From the NCBI GenBank assembly GCA_028534125.1, contig CM052818.1, positions 13,952,001 to 14,016,000 on the forward strand: a DNA stretch of 64,000 nucleotides, read 5' to 3'. The translations under genes were made by a program, and so were the position numbers. Of this stretch, positions 46,076 through 59,910 are shown piece by piece. Numbering within the stretch: the first letter of the stretch is position 1; each line of letters opens with the position of its first letter. The notes under the pieces were generated by a model that had not been told where the DNA came from, ran no database searches, and was given only the letters and a program-made list of their open reading frames with translations. The stretch comes from Lama glama. Taxonomy: Eukaryota.

Positions 46076-48164
46076 CTCCAGACTCCTGTGACATTTATCA
46101 ACTGGTCCTCCCCACCTGGGGATGGATTCATTCTCAGGTGTCTTCATGGGCGTGGACCTTGCTTCCCCAGTGTGAGTGTAAACACTTGGAGACAAGGGCT
46201 TAGGTTCACTTGAGTCATCTTTTCAGCTCTAGGATGACCTGACTACATCATAAGAACTCATTAAATGCTTAGTTAATTCCATGCAGATTTGCCCTTAAGT
46301 CATACCTATTTGTTGCTCTATTTAAAACGTTGGACGTCCAGTGTTTTGATGGTCCTTTTATGTATGCTAGTTCTGTCATCTTCATCTTAGTTATTAATAT
46401 ATTAAGGGCAGGGGTCCCTGGCTGTTTTTCTTATCTTCATACAGCTTTTCCTCCCTTGTGATAAAATGAGCTTTCCCCAGGACTTTTCAGAGTAAGAGTC
46501 GAGTGACTCTCCTGTTTGCTGAGAGCAGCTCTGACCCTCTTTCCCTGTTGTGCTGGGTCCGAAATCCCAGTGCCCCGAGTGTTGCTGGTGGGGCTCTGCC
46601 CTCATCCATCCCCTCACCTCAGCTTCCCTCAGGCAGTTCCTGCCAACGTCAGCTTACTCTCAGATCTCTCTCTAGCCCCCAAAACAAAAGGCTTTGACAA
46701 CGCCCTCAAGAAGTGACCATTTAGTGGGCATGAAAGAGGTTCTAGAGGGTGATGCTCAGTGTGCAATCGGCACGGGGGTCTGAAGTCCTCAGGGAGAGCT
46801 TCTGGAGAAGGAACCTCGAACCATGCCTGGAAGGGGAAGGTTCTGTGTTCAGTCTAGGCTGAGCCATGTGACAAGGCTCTCAGGCCAAGAGACCATGAGG
46901 TGGAGAGCCAGTGCGCTATTCCACCCTGTTGTTGTATGTGTGTGTGTGTGCTGGTGGGTGGGCCCCACTTGCCCAGGGCTCTGTGGGCATAGAAGGGAAG
47001 TGAGAGTTCATCTCACAGGTGGTTGGAAGTCACAGGGAAACTGAGCCGGTATGAGACAGTTAGGGGGTTTCGCTCTCTTGCCGGCAGTGGGGTGGTGGTC
47101 TGGACAGGGTGAGAGTCCAGGACATCTGTTGGGAGGCTGTAGCCAGAGTCTAGGCCAGAGAGGATGGCACCCCCCCTCATCCCTCCAGAGCACCAGCCGT
47201 GAACCAACCCACGGTCGTGCTCTTCTGCGTGCCTCACATCTGCTTAGTTGCCAGTTCCTGTCCAGTCTACCTCTGAGCTCTCTAAAACTTAGTCCCTGTT
47301 GTTCACTCCCAGTGGCATCATCCAAGTACTCATCACTCCTGTTTTCTTCCTCTGGGCGTTCTTCTAAAGTGCAGTCTGGCCTGGCTCGTTTCCCCGGCTC
47401 CGCAGTGTCTCTGCCTGGACGACAAGGACCAGCCCCCTCCCCGTGGCCCGGCAGGCCCTTCTCCAGCCTGTGCTCTCCTCACCCCCATCTCATTGCCTCC
47501 CCTCTGCTCAGAGTTCCCAGTTCCTGGAACCTGCCTTGCCCTAGGGATAAAGGAGCTATGAACATTGGTTTATCCGATTCTTTTAACTTTTCCTTTTTTT
47601 TGAATGTGGCAACTACAAACTGTGACATGTGTTCACGTTGTATTTCTGCTGAACAGTGCTCATCTAGATTCTCTTCTGCGCCTTCTGCTTCCCTGGCTCA
47701 GGCCAACTGCCAGCTTAATTGCATTTAATTCAACCAACCAGTGCCCTGGGCCAGGTGCTGGGGAGGTGGGGGCACTGGGTACATCTCTCCTCTGTGCCCC
47801 CTAGACCGACCTTTTCCAGGGACTGGCCACCTGGCTGGGGGGAAGGGTAGGTGTCAGGGAGGCAGATGCATAAACAGTCACCTTGAATTCAACATGAGAA
47901 GCCAGAGAGAGATGCATAAAGGCTCAGTGATGCAGAGGAGGGAGCACATCTGTCTGGGGAGTTTGGGAAGGTTTCCCCAGAAGATGACATTTGCACTGGG
48001 TCTTGGAGGAAGGGGATTCACCAGCCAGGGTGAAGGAGGGGTTTCTATGTGCGGGAGAAAGCTCTGCAGTTCCCCGGGGCAAGGCAAACTCTACACTTTA
48101 AATACATGTAGTTGGTTCTATGTCAATTTTCCTTAAATAAAGTGATAGAAATGATAGAATGATT

Positions 48165-48380
48165 AATTTTAATAATATATTTTAACTCCATATACCCCAA
48201 ATATTGTCATTTTAACATAAAATCAATACAAAAGTTAATAATAAGATCTTTTACATTCTTATGCTGTGTTTGAAATCTGGTGTGCATTTGACAGTGACAA
48301 CACATCTCACTTTGGACCAGATCTTTCAAGTGCTCTGTAGCCGCACGTGATCAGTAGCTACCATGTTGGACAGCACAGAT
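48165..48380. mobile_element. MER3/MER33-like hAT-Charlie MITE
   Basis: 'ttaattttaataatatatttt...gaaatctggtgtgcattt...cacatctcactttggac...ttcaagtgctctgtagccgcacgtg...gttggacagcacag'. Confidence 0.8.
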
Positions 48381-51300
48381 CTAGACCCTCTAGTGAGACC
48401 CCTCCCCTGATCTAGAGTGGTTTTCTTCTTAGATTGGGCACATCTGGGCAAACACATCTACACCTGGAATAGTTTTGAGCTGTTCCTTTCTGTGGCCCTG
48501 AAAACCTTGGGCTCTCTGGGACTGCGGGTCAGAGAGTGGCTCTGGGGAGTCTAGGTCATTAGCCTAGAACTGTGTGATTTCCCACCTCCCATCCCACCCT
48601 CTGTTTAAGCCTGAAAAACAGCAGATCTGTTAGCTTTAAGAAAATGCCTTCTTACGTTCCCCTTTGCATCAGGATGCAAACTCCACTTCACTGACTACAT
48701 ATAGGGGGTTAGTGCTGGGGTAGGAGGTGGGGCTGCCCCAGGTTAGGAAGGGCACCCATTGGGTGGGCATCAGCCTCTGAGAGTGAGTCTGAGGCTGCAT
48801 CTGGAAGCTAGGGAGAGTCTCGGTGCAGAGCAGCCTTGGGCCCCTCACTCCGGCCTTCTCTAGTCTGAGATCTGCCCTCCCAAGCCCTCAGCTCCTGTCA
48901 AGAAGGGATCAGAGGGGTGCGGGGAATGGGAGGCGCTGTTGGTAGGACAGATGGGGGCTTCACCAGCCCTGTGGTTGAGGGGTACCCTTGGGGGTCCCCC
49001 AACAAAGGTTGCCTTTAGGATAGTGACAGCTTTTTATGGTTCTGCCACTAACGATCTCAGGGGCCCTAAGCAAGTTACCCTCTCCTCAGAGTCTCAGTCT
49101 CCCCATCTGTACAATGAAGGAATTGGAATAGACAGCCTCAGAGGCCCCTTCCACTCATGAGGAACAGTGACTCTAACTGCATTCAGTTGAGCACATACTA
49201 GTGCTGGGCAGTGTCCTGCACAAGAAAGAGGTGACAAGAAGCACACACGACACAGTCCTTGCCTGTATTCATGGAATGTGGATTCACAGTCCTCTGTACT
49301 GCTTGACAGTTTTACAAGAATCTGTTACTTTTACAAGTGAAAAAAGGCAGAGAAAGGGAAAAAAACAAACGAAAAGGTGTGGGTACATGTGTGTGGTGAG
49401 AAACTAACCCTTGCAGTTATTAGTATATTTATTTTTAATTTTTCATGTAAAATCTTCAAACATACGCAGAAATAGAAATGCAATACAGTGAGACCCATGG
49501 CCCTGCCACCCAGCTTCCACCATGAGCATACCCCGGGTTTGTTCCATCTACTCCTCCCACCTAGGAACCACACGGTCACATGTGGCCTCTGCCTCCATAT
49601 CCGCTGACCGCCCACAGGCCAGTGACGCCACACAGGACGAGGCCAAAGGGACTGACCTGCAGGCAGCTCGGCTCCTAGCCAGCTCCTCCCCGGCGGGGCC
49701 ACACAGGCATCCTGAGGCCACGAGGAGCCAAGGAGGGGGGACTGGTGTCTCTGATGTCCCAGATTCTTAAGGGAATGGGCTGCTCCAGAGATTCAGGCGT
49801 CACTGGGCTTTTACTCCTCGGCAGCAGAGTGGGGTGTGCTCACCACCTCTGGTTTCTGCACCCTCTTCGCAACTGCCCCAAGGGCAGGAACATGGCCTCC
49901 TTTAGCACTTCTGCAAACAAATCTTAGGAGGAGGAAGCTGGGTCATAGGGCTGTCCTAAAGGGACCGGCGGAGCCGCTGGGGCAGAGGGTGGGGCCACGG
50001 GGAGTCTGTATATTTGGCCTACTGTTCTGTGTCCCCCCCGTGAGGGGAAGACTGTGATAGAACAAAGGGTAAGGGGAGGGGAGGCAGTGGCTTCCTGTGT
50101 CCAAACCTGCAGGACGGAAGAACAACCCTTGTCAATCCTGGATGTACATTACGTGGTACATATAATTTCTATCCTATTTCCATAAAAGATCCAGGTGGAT
50201 AGTAGGTGCATCACTAGAATAGGCTAAAGACTTGGCACGTGGGCTGTCCTTTGCCCACACTTACCAGAGTTTTTCCTAGAATAAGTCTTTATTAAAGGAA
50301 CTGCACATTTATTAATGTGCACTTTCTATTTTTAAGCCATGTAACCCCCAGAATAGAGTAAGGATCAAAATAAACAAACACCAAGTGCAAGTTTAAATAG
50401 CGTGCTACTGCTTAGCTATGATAAGCTTTCTTATCTAAACAGTTTTCTTCTTGAAAAAATCTATTATGAACTCTTTCAAAATACAAAAGGTATTATATTA
50501 TTCTTTCTCCCTTATGTAGAGACAATTATGTAATAAATATTGTACTTGTCACCCAGGGTAAGAATTAGTGTGATATAAATACAAATGGAAGCTTCTTAAG
50601 TGGCTTCTCATCCAGGCCCCTTTCACCCATAGGTCTTTATCTCTCTCCTGTGTGTCTTTATACTCATACTAATTATCTGTATTAAAAAACAAAATATATC
50701 AACGATAAATAATAGTAACCATTAATAAATATAAATAGTACATATTTGCATGTTTTAAAACATGCTAAAAATAGCATCAGACAATATGTAGGGAATTAAA
50801 TATTTGATTTTCTTTATACAATGAAGACAAATTGTGCTTTGGAATCACCTAGAGGTGGACTGAAATCTTTCTGTGTTACTTGGTGGCTCTGTGACCTCAA
50901 GCAAGTTACTTTACCTCTCTGACCTTCAATTTTCATCTCTGTGTCATATAATTACTGTATAATTCCTTTAGTTTCCTCAGTTTCACCTGTAAGACAATTA
51001 ATATTAGTACTTGTAAAACAGGTAATATTAGTACTCACATCAGACTTGTCAGGTTTAAAGAAGACAATGCAGATTAGGGGCTTAGCTCTGAACCTGCCAC
51101 TGTTGGATAAATCAAAGATTTTCAGAGCGCTAGGTCTGTCTAAATTTTTTCTTCATTTTTGCAACCCGACACCTCTGAAGGAAGCAGGTCTTTTTGTTCT
51201 TTCCCACCCTCAAGTGATCTAGAACAGCTAAACCAAAGCATACGATCTAAACAAGGCTATCCAGGATTCTTCATAGTTCTAGGGGAAAGAGCAACTATTT

Positions 51301-51929
51301 CCTCCTTGAATAGGAATGGCATAGGAATAAACATTTCTGTGCTGGTCGCTGTGGGTCACTCCGTTTTCCAGGAAGACGGAAGCCCCCGACTCTACAGACT
51401 GTGGACTCCATGCACAAGGGCCTAACGCAAACAGGCTGACGGGACGAGAGTGGGAAGAGCCACTGGGCTCAGTGCCAGACACTGAGATGTTATCAGCAGC
51501 AGGAATGTTCTGTTCCTCTTCTCGTCTCTACTTTTTAAGCAATGGACCTTATTTACTGTGAATTAATTTCTTTCTAGATGTGTAAGCTGAAATGAGATAA
51601 TTACTAAGGTATTTAAACTCAAAACATTGTCCCCTATTTCTGGCCAAAGCATCTTCCCCCTCAATAATTTATATCTATAATTTTTTTTTTCTTCAAATCC
51701 TGCTCTGTGAGTCCTCAAGAGGGAGCTGACACAGGTAGGCCTGATAAGCAAGGCCTCAGCCTGGGCACCCAGCTCTACGCTTGCATTGTTATCTGACTTT
51801 AGGACACACCAGAAAGCACTCTGTTTCTCCACATGTAAAATGGAAATAAAAATGCATACCCATTCCTCATTTCCTCCACCCTCAGAATGAACGCTCACTT
51901 AGCTCCAGATTCCTCTGGACATGATGAAC

Positions 51930-52302
51930 TTCAGGGCCGAGGTGTTCATTCCCCCAGCTGCTGCCCACAGCTGAGTCTTTCCCAGGACTGGCCCCTTGGC
52001 TGAAATGAGTGGCTTTGGCCAAAGCTGCACGGCCTTCCCAGAGGCAGCCCATGTCCAGTGACTGGTCCGTGCAGAGGTGCAAAAGCCCAGCCCCTTTCCC
52101 CATTTGAGGACAACTCTGAGGAGCCCTCTCGGTTCCAGAGCTCCTTCTCGGGGTCTGATGAGGTCACTGCCTGGCTTCTTCCTTTGCCCAGTCCTGTCTT
52201 CAATCACCCAGAGGTGTTGTTCCTGAGACCTCTTCCCAGTAAACCTCTTGCAAGCAAATCTGAGTCTCCTAGTCTGTTTCTCAGGGAACCTGACCTGAGA
52301 TA
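51930..52302 (+). mobile_element. Old ERVL LTR (LTR33/LTR16-like)
   Basis: 'ggcagcccatgtccagtgactgg...ggacaactctga...gcccagtcctg...ggtgttgttcctgaga...cccagtaaacctcttgca...tctgtttctcagggaacctgacctgagataca'. Confidence 0.65.
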
Positions 52303-52832
52303 CAGTGGTAAACAGAATAACATCTGTTAGAGTCAGGAGCCTTGGTGAAGTGACCCTGCAACGGCTTCTGGGTATCTAACAGGAACCACCAGATAGGATT
52401 CAGAAGGAAAGGCTGAGAAACTGGCTGTTGGGGTCTGAATAACAAAAATGTATTATATCCTTTGCTGAGTTCCCACTCAGGGAACTGTGGCCCAGCTGTG
52501 GCCCCAGAGGAATGAAATCGTTCATCAGAGAAGGACAAGACATTGACAAAGGAGAGGGAGGTTGGGGCGATGCTCTCACCATAACTGGCCACAGAGCTTA
52601 TGTATGGGGGGCTGGCAGTTCCACTGTGGTCCACAGAGAAAAGGCCTGTGACTGGCCTGTGTGCTAGTTTGCCTTGCTCAGCTGTGGGCCAGTGTAATCA
52701 GGACACAGGGTCCCCAGTCCATCTCTGAATGGGTCATTTTACTTCCCAAGACCAGCTGCCTGAGAGATAGTTGCCTGGCCTTCATTATAAAAGGTGGTGG
52801 TGACCCGATCACCTCTGGAAAACAGGCCAGGG

Positions 52833-54307
52833 TGGGGCTGGCTACATAATTTGCAGAGCCCAGTGCAAAATGAAAATGCAGGGCCCTTGTCCAAAAAGCA
52901 GGAAAGATAAGTGCTGTTGAATAATAGTACTGAAATAGAAAGCTTTTTTTTAAAAGATCTTGTTACTTATAAACATAATAGGCATAATAACATAACATAG
53001 TAACAGCGTAAACTTACAAATGCAAAAAATGCTTTTGGCGTCGTATATTATACAATACAATAAATGATAATACTTTATTAATGTGATAGCTTGATCGTAA
53101 GATTTTACTATTTCACTTTTTTGCAAATTCATTTATTAGATCATCAAAAGTGATACTTTTAGCAACTTCATTTTCAACTGACGTAATTGAAGGTGACACT
53201 GGTCACTCTTGGCAAATGCAAGATCTCAAATAATTTTTGATAGTTGTTAATTTTCAGAAGGATCCTTCTGCTGTTATAGCTGTTACTGGAAATTTTAGGT
53301 ATATTTTAGAAGCTGAAACAACAGGGTAAATTTCTGGTAAATTATTTCAAGGTAGAAATTTTAACACATCTAGAGTGATGGCCAGCTTTATGTAAGTCTG
53401 AATTTAATTTTAAATATAAATTTATACAATGGCATTTTAATGTTTTCTCTGGCATTTCCAGTAACTTGCAGTGGTTGTACAAGAAATTGAGAGTAGTTTC
53501 ATGATTTATATATGATTAAAAATTCTTATTTGTGCATTCTATTGCATTATCTTTCACTATAATAAAAATTAATTTTTAGTTGTCTTTCTTATTAATAGTT
53601 GGCTTATCTGAAGTTTCATATGAAAATAATGTCCTTTCTGTTGAATGCAGTGGTCTTGAAACTTACTATTTCTAAGCCTGCTGATACTGGCTTTGCTGTG
53701 CTGTAACAGTTTTCCAAGCCAGAGATTCTAAACTATTCAAAGAATTCTAATAGCCTTCAGATAGGTTTTATTGCGATGTATATGTGCACAATTTTATTTT
53801 GTAGTAATTGACTGACAAAGTTTACTGCCTGAGCACTGGCAGCTCCCATCCGAGAGCTGGGACTGGAGAGTTATTATCTGTATTACGTGCTGCAGGGATG
53901 GGCTCTGGGGATGAATGGGTCCGCTGACCTCCCACCTCCATCCTGGCACTGCTTTCTTGAGGAGCTTCTCCCTTGTCTGGGGCTGTGGCCACCACTGCCA
54001 TCAGTGCTTCTGCTTCGCCACCACCCCCACTGTCACAATCTGAGCTCAGATATGGGCCTGGCTGTCCTTTCAGCACGTTGCCCGCTGTGCCTACAGGCTG
54101 GAACATGTGTGTGTGCACATGCCCTGTTGCCAGTGTATCTCTTCTGCTCACCCACATGCTTTGTTGTCTTATTGGACTTGGCTTACCAAACACAAATTCA
54201 AAGATAAAATTATGAGGAATTTCAGAATGGCCACAGAGCATTAAGCCAAATCTGAGGGTTGGGCCCTGTGTGACTGCACAGGCCACACACCCATGGAGTC
54301 AGCCCTG
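52833..54307 (-). mobile_element. hAT-Tip100 (Zaphod/MER91-like) DNA transposon, internally deleted, with transposase remnant
   Basis: Ends tggggctggctacat... and ...atggagtcagccctg form imperfect TIRs. Minus-strand 53373-53101 translates to LDVLKFLP*NNLPEIYPVVSASKIYLKFPVTAITAEGSF*KLTTIKNYLRSCICQE*PVSPSITSVENEVAKSITFDDLINEFAKK*, the hAT C-terminal dimerisation pattern (PVT.ASAERSFSKL..IKNYLRS). Confidence 0.88.
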
Positions 54308-55374
54308 ATTCTGGGCACGCATGCAAACCTTGGGTGGGGAGCAGAAGCATCTTTGTACTGCAAGCCAGGAAGCACTGTAAGTCCGGGACCCATAAAAACC
54401 AGGACTCTGTTCTAAAAATGGAAACCCAGCACATCCCAAATTGTAAAGTAGGCATTCCATACTGATATACAGCTTGAAAGGCCTATCTCCCCAAGGTAGA
54501 AAGGAAACCACTAATAAGTAACTGATGGTATTTGCTCTTCCCGCTCCCACCCCCAGAGCTGGGGACCTAGGCCTAGTGAGAGGTCAGCTGAGCAGAGGGG
54601 GTGATCATTGCCAGGCTCCAGGTAGCAGATTCCTGCCTAGGCTTAACCGTCACCACAGCCCCATCCTCTGATACAGGGCTAGAGAGTGGGGGGCAGTTCC
54701 AAAGGTCTTGCCCAGCCAAGGAGAAGCATGTTCGCTGGATGGAGAAACAGGAGACAGGAAAGCAGCCGTGGTCCTAATGTCTAGACGAGATGACTGGTGC
54801 TTGTTTTGACCCCAGTACAAGGGCTTTCTTCAGGATGACACTCAGATTCTCCGAAGATGGAAGCGGGATTTACGTCTTCATCCCGGATTCCCCAAAGCAA
54901 GACATGTTCAGTAGTGAAGCTGGTGCCTTAGAACATTTTTTATAACTTTATTTTCTTATTACAAAATCAACTCTGATTTTTAGAGCTAGATGTTGATTTA
55001 GAAAATACAGATAAGTAAAATTAAGAAATCCCTCCTAGCAGAAATAACCACTGTTAAAACTTTGACGTGTGCTCTAGTGGTCTTTCTGTTTGATTGCTTT
55101 TCTGTATGTATTTCAGGAAAAAAGATGTCGACTTTGGAAAGTACAGGGAGTAACATGACAAACACTCATGTACCCAATACTCTGAATGAATATTTACAGT
55201 TTTTCATATTTACCTCAGATTATTTTATATAAAAGAAACAAAAAAGTACTGGTAAAGTTCAAGTCCCCCACTCAAATACTGTTTTCTTTCTTCCTTCCCT
55301 GGAAGCAATTATTTTCTATCTGGAATACCAAATCCCACACCATTTACTGAAGTTCTTCCTTTCCCAACTAATTT

Positions 55375-55960
55375 ATTATTCATTCATTCATTTAATGAAT
55401 ATTTGTTGAGGTTCTATGTGTGCCAAGCACTTGAAAGCAGTGCGGGTTGGGAAACAGAAAAAAATCTCTATCCCTGAAGAGGCATATATTCTAGCAAAGG
55501 AGGCAGACAACAAAGTATGTACTGTGTCAGACAGGGATACCACCTATGAGGAAAAATAAAGCAGAGCAGGAGGACAAGGACTGAGTACTGCTATCGTAAA
55601 TAGGGTGGCCTGGGGAGGCGTCACTTACAAACTGGTACTGCGGCGTCTGAGCAGAGACTGGACGGAAGCGAGAGAGTGCGGATGTGGGTATGTGGACAAG
55701 AAAGTGAGTGTGGAGGCCTTGAGGAGACAGTGTGCCTCGTGTGTTCAAGGAAACCAGCCAAGAGACACACATGACTGACGCGGGGCATCAGCAGGAGAGG
55801 CAGTCAGAGCTAATGAGGAGTGGGACGGTGGAGGCCCCTGTGGGCCATCGGCAGGACTTGGGCTTTTAGTCTGAGTGAGATGGGGAACATCACAGGGTTT
55901 TGAACAGAAGAGGATATCATCTGACTTGCCTTTTTAAATGGTTCACCCTGGTGGCTGTGC
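55375..55960 (-). mobile_element. L2 3' fragment
   Basis: 'cattcattcatttaatgaatatttgttgag...tgtgtgccaagcac...ggaggcagacaa...tgtgttcaaggaa...ggcttttagtctgagtgagatgggga...ggttttgaacagaagagga'. Confidence 0.8.
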
Positions 55961-56399
55961 CAGGGGGAAGTCGGTGAAACTTTCCGTCACCTCACTTCTT
56001 CTGTCTTTGTGGTTGGCGATGTCTGAACGCATCCTCTGCTCTTAGTTGTTACAGGGGTGCTTACATGATGCCATAAAGGGCTGGGCCTTCTTGCGGGAGA
56101 GGCTCCTGGTGATTATCGTTGTCAGAAGAGTAAGAATAATGGAACATGATAATAGCAGGCTGACTAGAATGACCTCAGTGGATAAAGGGGCCTGTCATGC
56201 TTCCTGGAGAATTCTGGATACATTGGTGGATGCTCTATGATTAAGACTATTTATTTCCAGCGCTTTATGTTCAAGTGACTGATAATGAAATAGAACAAGC
56301 GCCAGATGAGTAGACATTAGCTAAAAGTTTAATTAGCTAAAGAAAGAGAGAAAGCAGTGACAGCCTTAGGCTGACATCCCTTAAGACCCTAATAGTTTG

Positions 56400-56670
56400 C
56401 CTTCACAGTATCCCTTAGTGACAGTTTCCCTGTTAAGGCAATTCCTTGTGGCCAGTTTTGATATCCCCTACTGTTGTGCTGTTGGCTCCTTGAATTTTCT
56501 CTATTGAAACACTTACCACGTAAGAACCAGTTTAATTGGAAGTGATTTCTTCCAGACTGTAAACCCTGAAAGCAGAAGTGGGATTGCCTCGTTCACTGCT
56601 CTATTCCAAGTCCTGTGTGCAGTGTCTGCCAGAGAAAATGCCCAATAAATATTTGGTGAATGAATGAGAA
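56400..56670 (+). mobile_element. L2 3' end
   Basis: 'ccagactgtaaaccctgaaagcagaag...gttcactgctctattcca...caataaatatttggtgaatgaatga'. Confidence 0.7.
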
Positions 56671-57299
56671 ACTGTCTAAGGACACAGAGCTATTGTGCAG
56701 GATTTGCAGCTGGTTCTGGCTTCTCGCGTTTGTTCTGCTGGGGAAGGCGCCGTACGCTGCACTTTTCTGTGGGGAGTGTTTGGTTGGGTGGCCACACAGG
56801 AATTCTCCCAGCTGTCCTGGTGGCCTCCTTGGCTTCCTTGTTGGTTGAATCATCCCTGCGTGGAGACCTTGGGGACCCCTGCAGTTGGATGCAATGTCTG
56901 GAGCAGCCACTGCCTGAAGCTCTGTGGGTGTGATCTGGAGACCAAGCTTGTCTTAATCTCTGCTCTGGCTGCTGACAATAAACAAGCTTTCCACCCAGCA
57001 GCTGTTGACAGTCGCCTCCCACACGGCCCACCAGGGCCCTGCCCGGAGATGGCATGACACCCTCCCAGTTGCTCTAATAATACCAACACTATGTTCTTAG
57101 CCAGAGCTCCAGGGCTTCACTCTCAGAGCCTCTTTGCCTTAGAATGGGAGTCAGAAGAGCACAGAAACAGAAAGCTCATCTGGACCTTTATCTAACCATC
57201 TCCAAGTTAATTCGTTCAGGTTCAATTTCTCTTTCCCCTGCTCCTCTTCCGGTGGCTGAGCAGTGAGAAGGGGACAAGCAGAGCCCAGGAACAGTCAGA

Positions 57300-57745
57300 G
57301 GCTGGTGTCAGCTCCAGGCGGAGAGGAGGGACCCCGAGAGGCCGCGGGGCTGCGAGGGCGCCCGGTGGCGGTTTGCTCTTGCCTGTGCCGGGGCCCTGAG
57401 CCGGGATCGGGCAGGCCTGCTGGGAGCAGCAGCCTGAGGGAACAGGAAGGACTGCTTTCCTTCCAAGAACCCTCTGTTTCCTCCTGCCTGGACCTCTGTT
57501 CTTCAGAGAGGTGGTGTGCAGCTCCGCCCCTCAGGTGTTGCGGGGCCTGGCGGGGGCCCAGAGTGGGCGTGGGAACCGTCCATCACCCGCCTCTCATTGC
57601 CTGGCGGGTCCAGGCGCACAGGGTGCACAAAGAGCCAGGGGCTTGCATTTCACAGGGGCCGGGCTGAACACTTCCTCAGCTCCTGAGAAGCAAATGGAGA
57701 GGGACTTCAGAATCCTGTCCACATCCTCCCGCGTCTGAGGCTCGC
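57300..57745. promoter_or_regulatory. CpG-enriched GC-rich patch; candidate promoter/enhancer
   Basis: Many CpGs (ccgagaggccgcggggctgcgagggcgcccggtggcgg), GC boxes ctccgcccc (~57522) and gggcgtgg (~57565), in sequence that does not look repeat-derived. Confidence 0.4.
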
Positions 57746-59534
57746 TAGCGCCTGACAGAAGGAGAAATGGGAAGCCGACTAGTCAATGGCTCAATTCCTA
57801 TGCCCCCGTATAATTATGGATTGGCCACAAGTCCTATCTCGTTTTCTTAACAGCCCTATGACACGAGGGAGGAGGAGGCAGGTGCTGCAGCCACACGCCC
57901 TACATCTTAGTGGTGCTCTACCTGCCTAGGAGCAAGGCTGCCCCCCCCCCACCTCCTTGGGGAAGTATCTGCTTCTCTCCCTAGCATTTTGTTTTTGTGT
58001 TCTTGCTCCTTGTAATACTTCCAGAATTTTCACTGAGGCTGAGTGAGATTCCAAGGTGGGCTGATCACTGCCCAGGGAATATGGAATTACACTGTAACTT
58101 AGAATGCCTGAGGTTCTATGAAGAGAAGTGTCTGATACACTCAAGGCATTACGAGATTTACTTCCACATTAAGGCTTTTATACTCGCATCCAGTTAGCCT
58201 GTACCCTGAGGGCTGAAGCCAGCAGCTCTCACATGTGAGTTCATTGTTCTTAAATAGACTCAAGGCTTTGCGCTAAGCTTTTCAGATAAGATTCATTTAA
58301 AATTACAGCTTGCCTGCCACTTTAAGAAATTCATCATCTCCACCATCAGCCTGGTACTGTTGAATATATTATTGTGCACAGAGACACAGATGATAGCTCT
58401 CAGAGTAGAAACTAAAACTTTATATTGGATAATTGCAGAAAACTTGACTGCAGCTCACTAAGAACGTATTTTGATGAATAAGGAAACAACATTTCAAAAA
58501 GTAGGTCAGGGCGCTTTTAGGGAACCCAAAAAACCCCACAAGTATTTTCTGCAGGTGTAATAATTGGGCAGTCCATCAGCCACCCTCCTCCATCCCTTCC
58601 CTTGTATTTCTATTTCCAGTCTGTTGCCTGTGACAGCCCAGGAAGGGGCCCCAGGCAGCTCTCCTCTGAATCCTTCCCTGTGACATCTCCTCTCTGCCTT
58701 CTCCCCATACACATCAGCATCACTAGCACCTCAGTTTCTAATTTTAGCTTCTGTTTTGCATTTTGCATAGCATATAAGGAAATATAATGCAGAATTTAGA
58801 CAGGAGAGAAGTCAGGCTGTTTTCTTCCTGATGAATTGGCAGCAAGTCCTATTTGATGACTGCTGGCTGATAGCAGTCGGTAGAACAGGGAACAACAGAA
58901 CGGTTGTGCCCTCACCTGCGTTAGAGAGCAGTCTCCTTTCAGGATCCCAGGAGCTAGGACCTTTCTGTGCTTTTCCGTCTGCACTGTATGGCTGGTTGCA
59001 TGACTTCAGAAACCACTAAACTTATTTCCGGTTTTTTAGGAGTTCAAATGGACACAGATAATTGATTATGTTGAGATCGAGAAAGTATGCATGTATGTAT
59101 TTGGGGTTGGGGAGGATTATTTCCCGTAGGAATACTGAATTAGATTCAATTATCTGTCAACACTAGAGGCTAGACAGATCTGCATTAACAAACAGGTAGA
59201 GGACCGTATCTTACATCCTATGTCATGTGGACTGTCTCCTTGGGGGTCTTTTCAAGGATGGGGTAAAACTTTGGGAGCAGACTGGAGTTGTCAGAAATTC
59301 AGAATCTTGGGCTTCCAACTTCATACTTACTGACTCCTAACCCCTGGAGGCCCAGGAATCTGTGTTTTAACCTGTTCTCTAGGTGACTTTAAAAATTTAA
59401 AAATTACTAGCTAGATGATCTGTCAAGTTCTCTCCAATCCAGCTGAAAGTTAATTAGTTCCCATAGCTTTTTCCATGTCTTCTCAGGTGAGCTTGCTGCC
59501 AATTTCATTAGTGAAACAAAACCAAATCTAACCT

Positions 59535-59910
59535 TTGTTATTGAAAAGTATCACACACAGAAAAGTCATAGATGAATTATATAAAGGGAACGCTGTAAAG
59601 CTCCATGAATTATCATAAACATAGCCTCAGTCATTTCACGCAGGTCGAGAAATAGAACTTTGCCGGAACCCTAGGAGGCCCCTTCTTAGTGGAATTCCAA
59701 GCCCTTTTCCCGCCCCAAAGGGAACCACTCTTCTGACTTCCGTGGTAGTCACTTCTTTTTTTTCTTTATATTTTTAGTCTAAAACTGTCTCCCTAAATAG
59801 CACAGGGTGGTCTTGCCTAATTTTGACCTGTGTCTAAATGGAATGACACGGTACATACTCCTTGGGGTCTGGTTTCTTTTGCTCAGCATTTTGTTGTGAG
59901 ATTTCATTAA
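59535..59910 (-). mobile_element. Ancient L1ME-type 3' fragment
   Basis: 'caggtcgagaaatagaactttgccggaaccctagga...aaccactcttctgactt...aaatggaatgacacggtacatactc...tttgctcagcattttgttgtgagatt'. Confidence 0.65.

Noticed and set aside
47051..47728. 225-aa ORF, the longest gap-free ORF
   Set aside because: Ser/Pro/Leu-rich with no recognisable domain, it runs into a MER3-like fragment, and I see no exon structure. Expected by chance in GC-rich DNA.
50998..51037. Small direct repeats (aatattagtact x2; also aaaattact x2 near 650)
   Set aside because: Ordinary slippage duplications.
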